Shown one piece after another: positions 45,387 to 60,100 of a DNA stretch of 64,000 nucleotides. The stretch spans positions 1 through 64,000 of IMG/VR virus record IMGVR_UViG_3300042332_000818, one strand, 5' to 3'. The notes under the pieces were generated by a model that was given only the letters and a program-made list of their open reading frames with translations, was not told the origin of the DNA and made no database searches. Source of the DNA: a virus. The stretch's first letter is position 1, and each line of letters begins with the position of its first letter. Position numbers and translations under genes: made by a program.

Positions 45387-48182
45387 ATGGCATCATATAT
45401 AGACAATATTGCACAGAACTCTCAGATTGCGGCAGTACTTCCGTACACGCCGGATTGGGATTTTTTGTCCAGTAGCCAAAAGACTTTAGCGCAAATGCAG
45501 ACTAATGCGTTTGAAAGCTTTTACGATAAGTATTCAACGCTTTTGAAATCTGATTTGTTAAACTCAGAGAATCAGCAGTTTAGAGATAAGTTTATGACAG
45601 AAGCTGACAACAAACTTAAAATTGTTGGCAGCACTGATCTTACTGATCCAAGAAGTCTTAGTAATGCTAATTCAATTTTTGATAGTTTGGTAAACAATCC
45701 TAGATATGTAAAGGATATTATGTTTACTAAAGCAGTTAAAAAGGATTTAGATTATGCAGACAATCTTAGATCTTCATTAGATGAAAATGTAAGATCTCTC
45801 TATAACCCCTACTCTGTACAGGATATAATGTTTAGCGTAGAGGACTTTAAAAATGCTAAGGGTGATGCAATTTTAGGTATCGGCAATCCTCGTTATGTAC
45901 AGAATATAGATCTTTGGTCTCAAGCTGAAAAGTATTTTGAGGATAAAGATTGGAAAAGAACATATGATCAAAGATCTGGAGGATATATTTATACCAGTAA
46001 GAACGGTAAGCTTATAGAGGATGATGTTTATCAGTACCTCTACAATAGATTTTCTGAGGACCCTCTTGTTAAAGACTACCTTAATGTGCAGTCTAGAGTT
46101 GAAAGAAGAAGCTTTATAGAAAACAATCTTGATGCTTTTGGTGGAGATAAGACTAGAGCAGAGATGGCTTATCTTAAAACAAAGTGGAATACTATTTCTG
46201 AACCAATCAGAAAGCAGGTTGTCAAGTATGATGAAGAACTAGCAAAACTTGAATATGGTAATGCTGAAGTTCAAAGAGCTAGACAAAATCAACCCGCAAC
46301 GGGTAATCTTCGTAGACAAAGCGATCAACAGAGTGTTGTAGAATTGTTTAATGAGCTAATGACAAAGAAGGAATCAATGCCTTCTTTGGATCCTGCCATT
46401 AGTGAAGCTCTATCTAGTAACGATTTCTCTAACATTGCTGGTATTATATCAAAAATTGATGATATCAGTTTCAAAGCTAGCATTACTAAAATTGCCGAAG
46501 TATTTTCTAGAAGAGGAGAAGAGCAAAGTATGAAAGCTGATGAGTATGCATTAGCTCAGCACAGAGCAGGTCTTGATGATTGGAAAAATCAGCAACAGGT
46601 TGCAAGACAATTTGATGCTGATTTCCGAATGGCACAGCTTAAAGGTGAGATAGTAATTCCTGGTATGGGTGTATCTCAAACCGGTACTCCAATCTCTTCC
46701 GGTACAGATCCTGTAATGAGTGATAAAAATCCTGAAGATTATCCTAATTATAATTATAAGGAACTTGCTGAGAGAACTACCGATGCTCGTAATGCTGGCT
46801 ATGAGGCAATTAAACAATGGTCTCAACTTACAGGAACACCCGTTAGAAATTCTGCTGGTAAAGTTATTCCTCTTGATGGATTAGATAAACTAACAGAAAA
46901 AGAGTTTCAGTCTTATATATCCAAGGCTGAAGTTGTAAGCAAAAGAGGTACAAGAGATATTGAAGATTCTGATGGTGCAATTAATTTGCGTCAGAAAATT
47001 AGAATTTACAATGAAAAAACTGGTATTGAAAAGGGTCTTCTTAAAATAGAGCAAGAAAATTTGCTAAAGTCAATAGACAAGGCTTCTAATTCTGTTATTA
47101 ATGATGAAGAAGGTAAGCAAGCTTTTGCTTTAATGCGTGAGATTGTAAAGTCAGGAATTGTTAACCCTCAAACTATAAAAGAGAAGTTTGAAGAAAAGTG
47201 GGATGCTGAAAGAGATGCTAAAATAGCTGCTGCCCCACTTATTGGGCCTTGGTTAAGCAGTCCTAAATTCGGAGTATGGGCTGTTACTGAGAGTGGTAGC
47301 GATGCTTGGAATACTTGGTTTGGTGGTACATCTATACTAGATCCAGGTACTTGGGCAGGAAAAGAATATGAAGTTTCTACCTACTATTCTAAAGAGGCAA
47401 AGAGTTTAGCATCTGCTGTGCAAGGTCGTGATACAAGAGTAGGTGGAGAAGAAAGAAAGGGTACCAACTTTGGTATGGCTTCTTCAAAAGGTTCTGCGGT
47501 TAATATTGTTGTTAATCAAGCTAGTCAATCTTTATCTCAAAATCTTGGCTCTGTTGGTTTTGGTACATTGGAGAGTGCTATTGATGGCAGTCTTCCAAAT
47601 CAAGATGCTGCTGAAACAGCTTTTAATACTATTGTTAATGTTTTAAATACAAAAACAACAGGTAACACAAATCCGAGAAACATGCAGGTTGAAGGATTTC
47701 AAGATAATGATGGTAATCAGTTTATTAGAATTATTCCTGATTCTAAAACTGCTGATGAGTTAATGGGGTCCAAAGAAAACCCCGGGCCTTTAAAAGATAG
47801 AGTTACTTCAGATCTGCTTGCTCAAGGTGTTGTTGTTAAACTAGCTCCGGCTGGTGCGCTACCTAAAAGCACTTTTGATTTTAGAACTACTCCAATTGAA
47901 GCGGCTATTAATGTTAACGGTGGAGAGTTAACTATAGGCGGAGGTTATTATGATGGAGGAAAAGTTACTATTACTAGAAATGGTAATGGTTCTTATCAAT
48001 ACTATGGAGAGAAGTATATTTACGATCCAAATGAAGGTGGTTATAGAGAAGTTAATATTTCTAAAGAGATAAATAAATATATTAACGAAAATAATTTTTC
48101 TATTCAACAAGCTAAAGACTGGATAGATACATACTTAAACGCAAATGCTGCAAAAAATATAACATTGGAAAAACAAGACTAA
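45387..48182 (+). CDS. Large cargo / ejection protein
   Basis: 931 aa, helical, N-terminal PY.PD..F motif; directly upstream of the virion RNAP. Confidence 0.6.
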   Translation: MASYIDNIAQNSQIAAVLPYTPDWDFLSSSQKTLAQMQTNAFESFYDKYSTLLKSDLLNSENQQFRDKFMTEADNKLKIVGSTDLTDPRSLSNANSIFDSLVNNPRYVKDIMFTKAVKKDLDYADNLRSSLDENVRSLYNPYSVQDIMFSVEDFKNAKGDAILGIGNPRYVQNIDLWSQAEKYFEDKDWKRTYDQRSGGYIYTSKNGKLIEDDVYQYLYNRFSEDPLVKDYLNVQSRVERRSFIENNLDAFGGDKTRAEMAYLKTKWNTISEPIRKQVVKYDEELAKLEYGNAEVQRARQNQPATGNLRRQSDQQSVVELFNELMTKKESMPSLDPAISEALSSNDFSNIAGIISKIDDISFKASITKIAEVFSRRGEEQSMKADEYALAQHRAGLDDWKNQQQVARQFDADFRMAQLKGEIVIPGMGVSQTGTPISSGTDPVMSDKNPEDYPNYNYKELAERTTDARNAGYEAIKQWSQLTGTPVRNSAGKVIPLDGLDKLTEKEFQSYISKAEVVSKRGTRDIEDSDGAINLRQKIRIYNEKTGIEKGLLKIEQENLLKSIDKASNSVINDEEGKQAFALMREIVKSGIVNPQTIKEKFEEKWDAERDAKIAAAPLIGPWLSSPKFGVWAVTESGSDAWNTWFGGTSILDPGTWAGKEYEVSTYYSKEAKSLASAVQGRDTRVGGEERKGTNFGMASSKGSAVNIVVNQASQSLSQNLGSVGFGTLESAIDGSLPNQDAAETAFNTIVNVLNTKTTGNTNPRNMQVEGFQDNDGNQFIRIIPDSKTADELMGSKENPGPLKDRVTSDLLAQGVVVKLAPAGALPKSTFDFRTTPIEAAINVNGGELTIGGGYYDGGKVTITRNGNGSYQYYGEKYIYDPNEGGYREVNISKEINKYINENNFSIQQAKDWIDTYLNANAAKNITLEKQD

Positions 48183-51100
48183 TGGACTTTAATGCAAATC
48201 CCCTGTTTCCAAATACTTCAAATCCAAAAGTTTCAGGAATTAGCCCTGAACTTTTAGCTGATTTTAATAGTGCTTTAGCACAAGCAGCACCTGAGTTTAG
48301 ACCTGAGCCAAATCCGTTGTTTACAAGGTTTCCAAATGAAAACTTTGGATTGTATGAAACGAACTATGAGCGCTATGCTCGTCGTTCAAACTTTGATGAA
48401 TTAGGCTTCTCTCCTTATAGAGACAATGATGCAATCTATAATGCTGAAGCAAACTTTGCAGGAGAGCTTTGGAGAGGTCTTCAGGGTGCTGCAATGTTAA
48501 CCGGCAGCACTGCTTTTGATATGCTGAAAGGTACTGGAGATATTTTAACTCTTGACTTTAAAGGGTTAATGGCTCCAGATATGGGTGCTGCGGCTGAATT
48601 TGAAGATATTAATAGAATCTATGGTTCTACAAAAGGTGGTGCTACAGGATTTATTGCTAATGGTGCAACTCAGCTAGGTTTTATTGGTGGAATGGTTTTG
48701 GGTTCGTTGCCTGAAAGTGCAGCACTTGCCTTTGCTACTGCTGAAGCCGGTGGTGCTGCAGGATTTTTAAACATTGGTCGTAAAATTGGTCAGGGTTTAA
48801 GAATTATTGATAAAGCTGCTGATGCTACTGCTGCAGCAAAAGCAGCACAAGCTGCTAGCGCAACAAGCACTGTACTAAAGAATGCTGAAACGGTTAGAGG
48901 TGCTGGTGCTGTAGCTGATTGGTTGGCTACTACTTCACCACAAATTGCAAAGATTACAGGTAATCCTATTCTGAAGTTTTTTAATCCTTTAGAAAATACT
49001 GTAGGATATATTGATGATGTAGCTAAAGCTGCAAGTGCTGGCACGGCACTACCGTCTATTGGTAAGGGTGTTGGTGCTGTAATGCGTGATGGTCAAATTT
49101 TTAAAGCTGCCGCAGTAGAAGCTAGTCTTGAAGGAGGTTTTGTTGCAAAGAATCTTAGTGATAAAGCTCTAAATGAGTTTTATGAAACTAACGGAAGACT
49201 TCCAAATGAAGAAGAATTAGCTGAGATTAAAGAAAAAGTAACTGAAGCTGGAGCAAGAACAACCGCTTGGAACTTGCCTGTAATTCTTTTTACAGATAAG
49301 CTTCTTTTTGGACCTATGCTTAATAAGCTAGATAAAACAATTTCTAGAGGTATTGGTGCTGACTTACAAGGTCTTGTCAGAAATGCTGATGGTACAGTTG
49401 CAGCGAAACAAGTATTGGGTGCCAGTGCTAGAAAAAGTGTAACACTTGAAGGTAAAGAGTTTTTAAATTCTTTACTTCAGCCTGGAAAATACTTGACTAG
49501 AGGTAGTGCATTCTTAAAGAACGGACTTGGTGAAGGTGCTCAAGAAGTGTTTCAAGAGTATGCTTCTAAAACAATGGAAGATTACTATGGTGATATTCTA
49601 TCTAGTCCTATGGGTATTCCCAAAATGGATGTGATGGGATACCTTAAAGAGAACATTAGTAACACTGGAGCCGATGAAGGGCTAGCGTTTTTGTCAGGAG
49701 CTTTTGTTGGTGGTGTTGCCGGAGGTGCAATGAGTAAAGTTGCAAAAGCAGCTAAGATTAATGCAGGTATCAATACTTTTATAAACCAGACAAATGAATC
49801 TGGAGAGAAGATGTCTTTTAAAGAAAGATATCAGGCATATAAAGCTGAGCAGCAAAAAATAAATAATGAGCTTGCTGATACTATTAATTCTGCAATTCAA
49901 TCACCGGTTGATCTTTTTGAACGCTCTATTAGAACCAATGAGGATACTAAAAAGCTTCTACGTCAAATTCAAATTGGAAACCTTATCCAGGACGAGAAGC
50001 TTGTAAGAGATGCTGCAGAAGAGTTAAGATTTAATAAGATCTACACTGCTCTTGATACGGGAACATTTGATTTGCTTACAGGTAAACTTGCTACTCTTAA
50101 GCAGCTTGATGATGTTGGTATTGTAGAAGCAACCGGATCTGCTAATGCAGAAGAAGCTAGAGCTAGACTTGATAAGACTATACAGAGAGCAAACGAAATT
50201 AAAAACAGATACGATAGCGTTAAGTCTAAGTATCCTAATCCGTTTGATTACTCAATGTATGAATATGCAACTGATGCATACAACCAAGCATACTTGGCAA
50301 ACAAAGGTTATGAGGAAGCGCTTAGAGATTACATCTTTATGGGTGAGACCATTGACAAACTTAAAGAAAGAAATGCTTCTTTAAAGTCTGCATTTGGTTC
50401 TACTTCTATTGCTCCTAAGATTACAAGTCTTGATGTAGATGTAATTACAAACTTGAGCAATCTACGTAAAGAGATGTCTTTACTTTCTGATGAAGTGCTC
50501 GCGGAAGATGCAGCTGTCACACCAGATCAAAAGAAAATTATTGCTAATAAGAAAGCTAGACTAAAAGTTCTCACTGAATACAATGATGCTCTAAATGCTT
50601 TTCATGCTGCCGAGAAAGAAGGTAAGGGTACTAAGCGTAAAGAAGCTAAATTAAAGTCATCTTTTGCTAAAGTAGTTAGTCATCTTAATGAAGTATCTGA
50701 AGTAGAGTCACAATACTCTGAGGATTCTTTTAATGAGCTATTTGCACAGCTTAAAGACTACCAAAGAAACGATATTGATAGTCTTCAACTTGGTGCACGT
50801 GCAGCTACGTTGGGTAACTACAGCACACTTATAGACTATGCTAAAAGGCATAGTGCTGCAATGAATGATGTTTTTGTAAACAAAAGAAAATACATCAAGA
50901 GATCTGTAGATAACTTTATGTCTGCTGTTGCACAGAATCAAAACCTTCACAGTCTAAAAGAAGCGGGCTATGCTATTCCGGAGGAAGAGCTTATGCCATA
51001 CATTGAAGAAGGTAAGATTCCACAAAATCTTATTTCTTTAAAGAATGGTACAACTGTACCAACAACAGATCCTTCTATTGAAGGGGTTCTTGAAACAATA

Positions 51101-54100
51101 CTTAAGCCTTACGCTTTAACTAAAGAAGAAGATGTAAAAGAGCAAGAGATTGCTAAACAACGAGAAGAGGCAAAGGCTCAACCTAAAGCTGCTGATACAG
51201 AAGAAGCAAGAAAGACAGCTGAGGCTATTAAAATAGTTGCTCAAATTTCAGCTGCTGAGATGGATAATCCTCAAGCTTACAGAGCCTTGGTTGCTGAGAC
51301 ACCAGAAGTTGCAGAAGTTCTTGCAGACTTTATGGATGCTGTTGGTGATAATAGAGAAGCGTTTGAGTTTATTGTTACATCTGAAGGTACAGCATTTATG
51401 GCTTTTGTTAAAAAAGCTGTTGACGCTAAGAAGCTTTCTTCATTTGCTAATGATTCTTTGAAGAGATATCTTGGTAGCCAAGCAGCTTTGAATAGTCAAG
51501 TTCTTAATGATGCATTTGATAGTATCATTAAAGGTGAAAAGTATCAAGATCTAGGGGTATTCCTTTCAAAGTTTGTTAAGGTTGCTAAGGTTGAAGGTTT
51601 TGAGAATGAATTAGGTGAGGGTGTTAAACTACTTGCAAGCTATCCAGAACAAGATCTTTATTTAGTTTCGCTAGAAGATTATGAGAATGTTGCAGAGGGA
51701 TCAACTGCTCAGGTTCAATACTGGGTAATTAACTCTCAGCAGGTTCCTAATGAGGTAATTCACGCTAATGATAAGATTTATGTAGATCTTGACGCCGCTA
51801 AAAATGCCTTAGCTGATTTTCTTGAGACAGGATCTGTAAACACAAAGAAGAACAGATTTACTTTTGATGGTAATGTTCTTCGTCCTGGAACAGTAATACT
51901 TAATTCTAACGGTACAAGATATCAAGTTATTGGTGTTGCTAGTACAGATGAGACAGGTAGAGTAAATGCTATTCAAATTCAAAAGCAGAATAGTAAGAAT
52001 CGTCCTGAGACAATTAAAAACTTCAATGGCTACACTGTACAAACAGATATTAAAGTTTCAGAAGACGCATCTAAGCTTAGCCCTACTGCAGAATTTGGTT
52101 ACGTTAAGAGACCGCAATTTGTCACAGGAGAGCACAATGTAAAGCTTTCAGAATACTACAATTCTGTTAGTGAAACGGAGTTTCTTGAAAGTTTGGTGTT
52201 TGAAGTATCCGCACCTATGGGTGGTGAGCTTACTGAAACTAATCTTCAATACGGAGGAAGAGGTGAAAACCCAAGAATAAAGAAGCGTTCTACTGATAGA
52301 GGATCTGTTGCTGTATATGCTGTAGATCTTACAGGTGAACCTTTGCTTCTTGGATATCTTAATGATCCTAGAGAATACATATTCTACTCTGCTGATGGTA
52401 AGAGAATGGAAATCCTTACTAAAGAAATGGTTAACGCTGACCTTTTCTACGGTACACCTAATGCAGATAATGTAATCAGAGCATACAACAATAGTTTAAA
52501 TCTTTACGATTACTTAGTATCTGCACGAGGTTCTAACAACATGGCTAGAATACCGTACTCTGAAGTAAGTCAGTTTGCAACTTTGAGTCTTGCTTCTCCT
52601 GGATATTTATTTGCTGGAGAGGACAAAGTATCTTTTTCAGATCTTAAGTATAAGACTTACGACGGTTCTACTGTTGTAATTGATAGATATCAAGGAGATG
52701 CTCCTATTGTTCTTTCTGGTTCTTTGACATTTGATCAAGTTAAAGAAATTACAAGTGTAGTCAACAGCTCTAAAGCAGTATATGAGAATCTTGGGCGTTA
52801 CGTTCTTGTATCAAAGATTCCTAATGGTAGAGTAATCTTTACTGAACTTAGCGCTAAGCAAATGGAAGCAACCGAAGCTGAGGCTTTGGTTAAAGAGTTA
52901 GTTGCTGCAGCAAGTAATAAAAAGCTAAACAAGAAAGAATTTGGTGATCAGTTTAATAGTAAGTTGTTCTTTGCTTATACCGGAAAGGACACCTTTAATG
53001 ATAGCAATGTTAAGTATAAGGTTACTTTTAATATTGTAGGAACTGAGGATAAGCTTATTGAAGCTTCTTTCTTGCCTTTAAGTGGTTCTGTAAAAGCTGA
53101 ACAAAAGATTCGTTTTGCTCCTACTGCTAAATCACTGGAAGAGTTTATCAATCTCTTTAATATTGCGATTGAGGAAAACAATAAGCAACTTGATAAGAGT
53201 GCTAACCTTAAGTATGTAAAGCTTGATCCTGTAGGTGCTGATAACTTCTATCAGAATATTTCTAAGAATATTACACAAGACGATCTTGCTAATACTAAGA
53301 GTAATGTTACTCATCCGGAGATGATCTCTGTTAATGGTATCAAGATTGTTGATGTGGCAGGTGCTACACCTATGGGTGCAGTAGTTGAAGATATGACCAG
53401 TAAGCCGGCACCAGCTGTAGTACAAGAAGAGCTTCCCGCTATTACAGAACCCGTAACGGACATTTCTGATGTAGAGGCTAAGAAAGCTGATATAGAAAAT
53501 AATGATTTTGTAATTAAAATAAAAAAGATAGGACAGAGCTATGCAGGAGGAAAACAGTTTGTTAATACAAAACAAACAGGAAAAGAATTTTTAGAACAGG
53601 TTAATTATGAAATGTATGGTGAAAAAGTTCAAGCAGAACATTTATTATATTTTAAAGATAAATTTGATGGAGCATTATATGATTTAATTAATAGAGGATA
53701 TAAAGAGCTTACTGGTAAAACTTTTGAAGAGTATGATGCAGAACTAGCTGCTTTAAAACAACAACCTACATCTACTACTCAACCATCTACTAGTGTTAAA
53801 GAGGGAGTAGAAGAAGGTGCTCAGCCTTCCGCAGGTATAGAAACTTTTGTTGACACTCTTTCTGTTTTTAATAACGATATGCTCAAGCAGGACTTGCTTG
53901 TTGCAGAAGCTGAGCTTGAAAGCTACAAGGAAGGATTAGACATTGATCAAACTTTTGATAATCCTGAACTTGACAGATTAGAGAACAGGGTTAATGAGCT
54001 TAAGAAGCAATTAAATATTGCTTACAAGAATGTTGATTCTTACACTCCAGAGACTCAGCAAGAACTTGCAAACTTCCTGGATTGGGTTAAGAACTCTTTG

Positions 54101-57100
54101 CCTAGTTACATTGAGGTTGCTACAGTAGAGACTATTGCTGATCGAATGATCAGTGAAGGAATTACTGTTGGTAGATTCTCTACTATTGTAAAGAATGCAG
54201 GAGATAACATCAATGAGATCTCTGGTCTAATTGAGATTGTTAAAGACTCTCCGGCTAAGTATCACGAAGCTTTTCACTCAGTATTTAGACTAATCTTAAC
54301 TGATAAGGAAATACAGAGAGCTCTTGCCCAGGGTGAAAAAGAGCTTGTGCAAAAACTCAAGACTCAAGGTAGAAGTCTTGATTCTGTAATGAATGAGTAT
54401 AGAAAGCAACCTTTCTACTTTTCAATGACTACTCAAGAGCTTAAAGAAAGAGTTGTAGAAGAATATCTTGCTGATACGTTTGAAGAGTTTAAAAAGAATC
54501 CAAGAGCTACAAATACTGCTGTATCAAACAAGTCTACTTTTAGAAAGATTATTGACTTTTTGATTAATCTCTTTAAAGTTTACCGTCCTAGATTTGAATC
54601 TAACGATGATTTGTTTGAGGGAATTGCTGACGGAAGATTTAGAAAAGCCGGTATTGCTAATAACAAATACACCAGATCTGCAATAAACAATGGAGGTGAT
54701 GTAGCCTTTGCTGTAATGCTGAACAAAGGTTCGGTTAGTGTTTCTACCGGAAGCGGTATAGAGGTAATTCCTCAATATGTAAACTCACAAGATACTCAGT
54801 ACTTGATGTCTGCTTTGGTATCTAGAGTTTACACAACCTTGCAGGCTGATCCATCAATTCGTACAAGTGAAGCAATTAAGTTTGCTATTATAGATTTTGC
54901 TAGACTGTTTAATCCTGAAAGATATTCAAATGTTGAACTTAAAGAAAGAGCTTCTGCTCTTCTTTCAGCATTGAAGTCTCCGGTTAACCGTTCTGAAATT
55001 GAGCAGCACATTAGAGAATCTTTAAAGACGTTTAATAACGTTAGAAATCTTCTGAATGATGCTCAAGAAGAACTTGAAGAAGACTTTGGTGGTAATACTT
55101 CTAAGTCATTCTTTAAGAGTAAGGAAGAGCTTGATGGTGTAACATCGTTGCCGACAGTGGTAAAAGCTTTGATAAGCACCACTCCTGTTGTAGAGGCTGA
55201 TGCTTTTGGAAATGAGTTCTTTGTAGATAGAGAAGGCAATCTTACAGAAGAAAGAATTATTGTTCCTGCTTCAGTACAATTGGTTTATAATACTATCACA
55301 AGAATCACAGCGGATAGTGTTGATGAGATTGAAGCGCTAAATAGAATGCTTGCGTTTACTAGATTTAATTCAGATTCTAGTAAGAACTCTCACGGTGTTC
55401 AGTTTATCAATCACGCGTTTAAGGTGTTTAATATTGTTGCAGATGATTCAGGTGCTATAACAAAGCAAAGCTTGCTTAACGTTAGAAACGCTGCTACATA
55501 CCAAGCGTTTATAAAGGCGTTTGCTGAAAAGAGTAAGAGAGACTACACATTTACAGCGGTTGACTCTAGAAATAAGAAGAAGAAGTCTTATGACGCCAAC
55601 AGAAGATCTGAGGGAACTCTCCAATATGATTCTTGGAGATCTGCTTACAATGCAAAGGTTGATTCAATAACGGATGAGACTGCAAAAGAAGCTGCTGATA
55701 TACTTTCTAATCTTACCTCTATTGTAAATAACGTTGCTGTTTATGATCAGAGTGTTTCAACAGCAGTAAAAGACGGGCTTACTCGTTTTGGTGATATTAC
55801 TGGAATTGAAATAGCTCCAGCTTTCTACGAATACTCTTGGTACAAGTACAAGATCTCTGAGAATAAACTTGAAATGACTGAAGCTAACGCTGAAGTTCTT
55901 TCAACAGTTAGACTTTTGTCTTTACCTGTATTAACACCTGAGATCCTAAATCAAATTGGTAAATCTTTACTTGAGAATAAGGGAACGGGTCTTTTCCTTA
56001 GAGATGATTCAGAAAGTTCTAACGAAGAATTGTACACTGTTGGTGGTAGAGTAAAAGCTCTTGCTTCGGGTAATGTCTTCTTCAATGAGAACATTGATAC
56101 AACAAGCTTTACAAATGCTAACGGTAACAAGATTCAGACTTACCAGGTAAAGACTGTACTTACTAAGTTGGTTCAAGCTTTAAAGCAAGGACTTCCTACA
56201 GATGCATACAGAGCTGATAACTATTTGGCTAATAACAAAGAGTTCTTGGCAATACTTCCTGAGATTAATACTAAGTCAATTGACGGTCTTGCTGCTAGAA
56301 GTCTAGATAATGCGGGTGTAAGCTTTAACCAACAAGCCGGTACTGTATACGCTGACTACACTGACAGAGAGTTCTTGTTTAATATTCTTTCTCAGTACAC
56401 AGAGGTAGAGGTTATAAATGGTGTTGTTACAGTACCCCATTTTATCAGAGTACTAGAAGCTGCAAGTACCGGTATGACGGTAAATCTCCCTGTTACAAAA
56501 GCAGTAGACTTTAAGACTACCGGTTGGACAGTTAATTCAGAATACCTAGATGCGCTAGTTGCTGAGGTAGAAAGAGACGTTAGAAGAATTGCAGAAGTTC
56601 AGGATCAGATTGAAAAGGTTGAGAATCCTGCACTTGATGAATCTGAACTTGATTTTGACATTATTGAAAATTATCATAGAGGTGATAAGCTTGGTCTAAA
56701 GTTGTCTCACAACTTAAGATCTCTTCTGGGTGCAGAATTTTCTGAAAAGATTGAAAGCGGTTTAGCTACGGATGCAGAACTTAGAAAGAATCTGGAGTCC
56801 TCTCTTATTAAAAGTGTAGATCAGTTTGTTGATAAGCTCATTCAGAATAATCTTTTACAAAGAAGAAAAGGATTGCTTGAAATAGGAGACAGTCCTTTGG
56901 TGTCAGTTGTTGGTCGTTCTGGAATAGCTGCTTCTAAAGCTGCAAGATTTGTAGAAGACTTGAATCTTTTTCCTATGCAGGAGAAAGACGCACCGGGTGT
57001 TAGAAACATTAGACTCGAAGCTTCTATTGCTCAAATCTTCTTATCTAGTTTCTTGAACGTTTCTTCTTTCAACCAGCTTTTGATGGGTGATCATAACAAA

Positions 57101-60100
57101 CAGTTTAAAGATTCTAAAAACGTTGTTAAAAGAGCAAAAGGTCTTAATGCCTCTGGTATATCTACATCTCACAGCACTTTAGCACCAGAACTTGGTATTA
57201 ATAAAAAGTTTGACGCTAAAGGTGATCTTGTTCATATTACTTTTCCTAATGATCTTTCTCCAGAAAAAACTAAAAGAGATGATGGCCAGTTATATATGAC
57301 CGTTAATGGTCTTCGTTACATACTTTTTGGTATGGGTAGACTTAGAGAACCTGCTATTGCAAATTTCTTGGATAAAATACAAAATGGGTTGCCTGTTAGT
57401 GAAGAAGAAGTCTTTGGTTTAAATGGTACTATTCAGTACAATTCACAAACCAATTCTCTTAAACTTGTTTACTATGATGGTGAGACATATTTAAAAATGT
57501 CAGCTGTTGTTCTTACACCTGAGCTAACTACAAGATTTAGTTCTCCAGGAGCTTTTCTTGACAATCTCAGAAGAGTGTTAGAAAAAGCAGAAGAGACTGC
57601 AACGGTTGCTTTTGGTCACCCTGAAAGTGCTGAAAAGACTTTTGCTAAAAATGCTGTATCAAGTAGAACAGACATTACTCCTTATAATGAAGTCTTGTTT
57701 AAAAAGCATTTTAATGCTCTTGATCCTAACTTCTTATATCTGTCTACTGAAATTCCTTCAAATAAAACTAAGATTACAGATCCTACGCAAATGAAGAGTA
57801 TCCTTATTTCAGGATTTTCAAATGCTGATAAAGTATATGTTGACGGCCAAGAAGTTTCTGCAGTTGCAGCTATTAAAGAGTTGTTACAGCTTAGTGCTAA
57901 AAGAACAGAGAGTAAGTACTTTGAAAGAAGAAAGAAAACTTTTGAAATTGAGGATTTTCTTGATGAGTTTACAAAGTCTTTGGATCTTGGTAAGGTTACA
58001 CCTAAGCTAGATTCGTTTAGACTTGAAGCTGTTGATACTCTAAAGAGTATTGGAGCATCTCCACAGGAGATTGAAATATTTGAGCGTGGTGATATTAACC
58101 TTAATAACCCTGTAACATTATCAAGATTCTATACTTTATTTCTTAGCTACTTTAGTAAGGGTGTAGGTAAAGATATTATTCCTGGTTATAAGCTTACCTT
58201 GATTTCAGACTCTGGTATTGTAATTAGAAGAAGAGCAAACACTGCTATTTCTAATGGTACTAGCGTAGATACTGTTGTAACATCAGATGAATATCTGAGA
58301 ATGTCAGAAGCTGAAAGAAAAAATGTTTATGATGATCGTCTTAGACATGATGTAAAGGTTTACGATAAGGCTGGTAAAATCATAGATACTTATGCTGAAA
58401 TGCTAATGCCCTCTCACTTTAGAGGTAAATCACTTGATAGTGAAAGAACAATGCATTCAGTTCGTATTCCTTCTCAAGCAAGCCAATCTGCAACAAACAG
58501 TAAGGTTGTTGATTATATGCCTGCTTACTATGGTTCAAGTGCTATTCTCCCGCAAGAGTTGATTGATATTACTGGTTGGGACTTTGACGCTGACTCTATT
58601 TTTGTTCATCGTCCTTTTACTTATCGTTTTGAAAACAGAGAACTTGTTTACGGTGAAGAAAAAACTGTAGCTGAAAAGAAGGCTGCTTACTTTAACTCTC
58701 TTATAAATAATAATGAAGAGTATGCTTTGGAGCTTTCACGGTACGAAGATCCTACAGATGAAGTATTAAGAGAAGATATTACCCAGAAAATGGGTATTAA
58801 GTATACAGAAGAGAAGTATAGAGCCACTCCTGAATACATCAACAACAGAATTCTTAAACTAAAAACTGCATTGCAAGGCTCTGAGTCTCGTACTGTTGCA
58901 AAAGATAGTGGTATTCCTAAGTCTTATCAACCAATGAAGACCGTTTCTTATGACGCTTTTGAAAGAAAGGTAAAAGAAGAATCACCTGAGTTTGCTAACT
59001 TCATTGATGCTCAAGTGGGTATTCACGATTCTATTCTTGGTCAACTTGATTTTTTTGGTAACATTAGAGAAGGTGCTGAGAATATCGGTCCGGCTGTAAA
59101 TGGTGTACTTGCTTACTCTCTTTTAAACTTAGGAAGAGTTTCTGGTAATGAGGATGCTGGATTCACAGTAAATGGTAACCGATATAACACATTTGAAAAT
59201 GTTGTTGATACTGACGGTAACGACATTTCAGATAACATGTCTCAAACTGTGAGCATCATGGTTGATAACACTAGTAATCCTGTTGCAAGGATGTACGGTA
59301 TGAGCCTTGAGCAAACCGGTGTTGCTGCATACATGACTTCTCTTGGTGTTTCAGTAGAAGACGCTCTATTATTTATCAATCAGCCTATTGTTAGACACTT
59401 TTCAAATGCTCTTAAAAACTCTAGATCTTCAATCAAGGTTAAGAGTGCTGATAAAGGTGCAAGCAGTAAAGAGATAATGGATCAAATGATTCAACTCTTT
59501 AAAGCTAAACTTAAAACTGAAGCTGACGATGTTGAGTCTATAAGTCAATACAAAAATGCAGTAGATGCTTCTGCCGGATATGAAACTTTAAAGTACTCGG
59601 TATTGCCTATAGAAAAGGCTATTGAGGAAATGCCTATCTCAGAAGTTGAGAACCAGCTAAAGCTTTTGTTTCAATTTGATAAAGTAAAAACACAAGCTCA
59701 GATATTCAGTGACTTTGCTAAGCTAACCAAGCTTAACCAGGGTGTTGGTAAAGATTCAGATAGCTTTGATAGATATCTTGAATTAGCCGATATGTTTACT
59801 ACCGAAGAGGGTGTTAAGTCTATTTCAAATTCAGGCTTCCCTGTTGAAGGTATTACCACCGCTATATCAAACAACGATTATCTTACAACTCAAATTAAAG
59901 CGCTTAAAGAACTATCAAAACTGTTTAGAACGGTATTTATTGATAGATCTCCTGTGTTTGGATTTGTTCAGGAGTCTCTTGAAAATGTATTAAGTCCTAC
60001 GGATTACATTAAAAGAGGAGCTGTTGAAAATATTAGAAAGGATTTGATGTCTGTAATTACTGCTTCTGCTTATATGAATAAGCTAGAGGATGGTGATATG

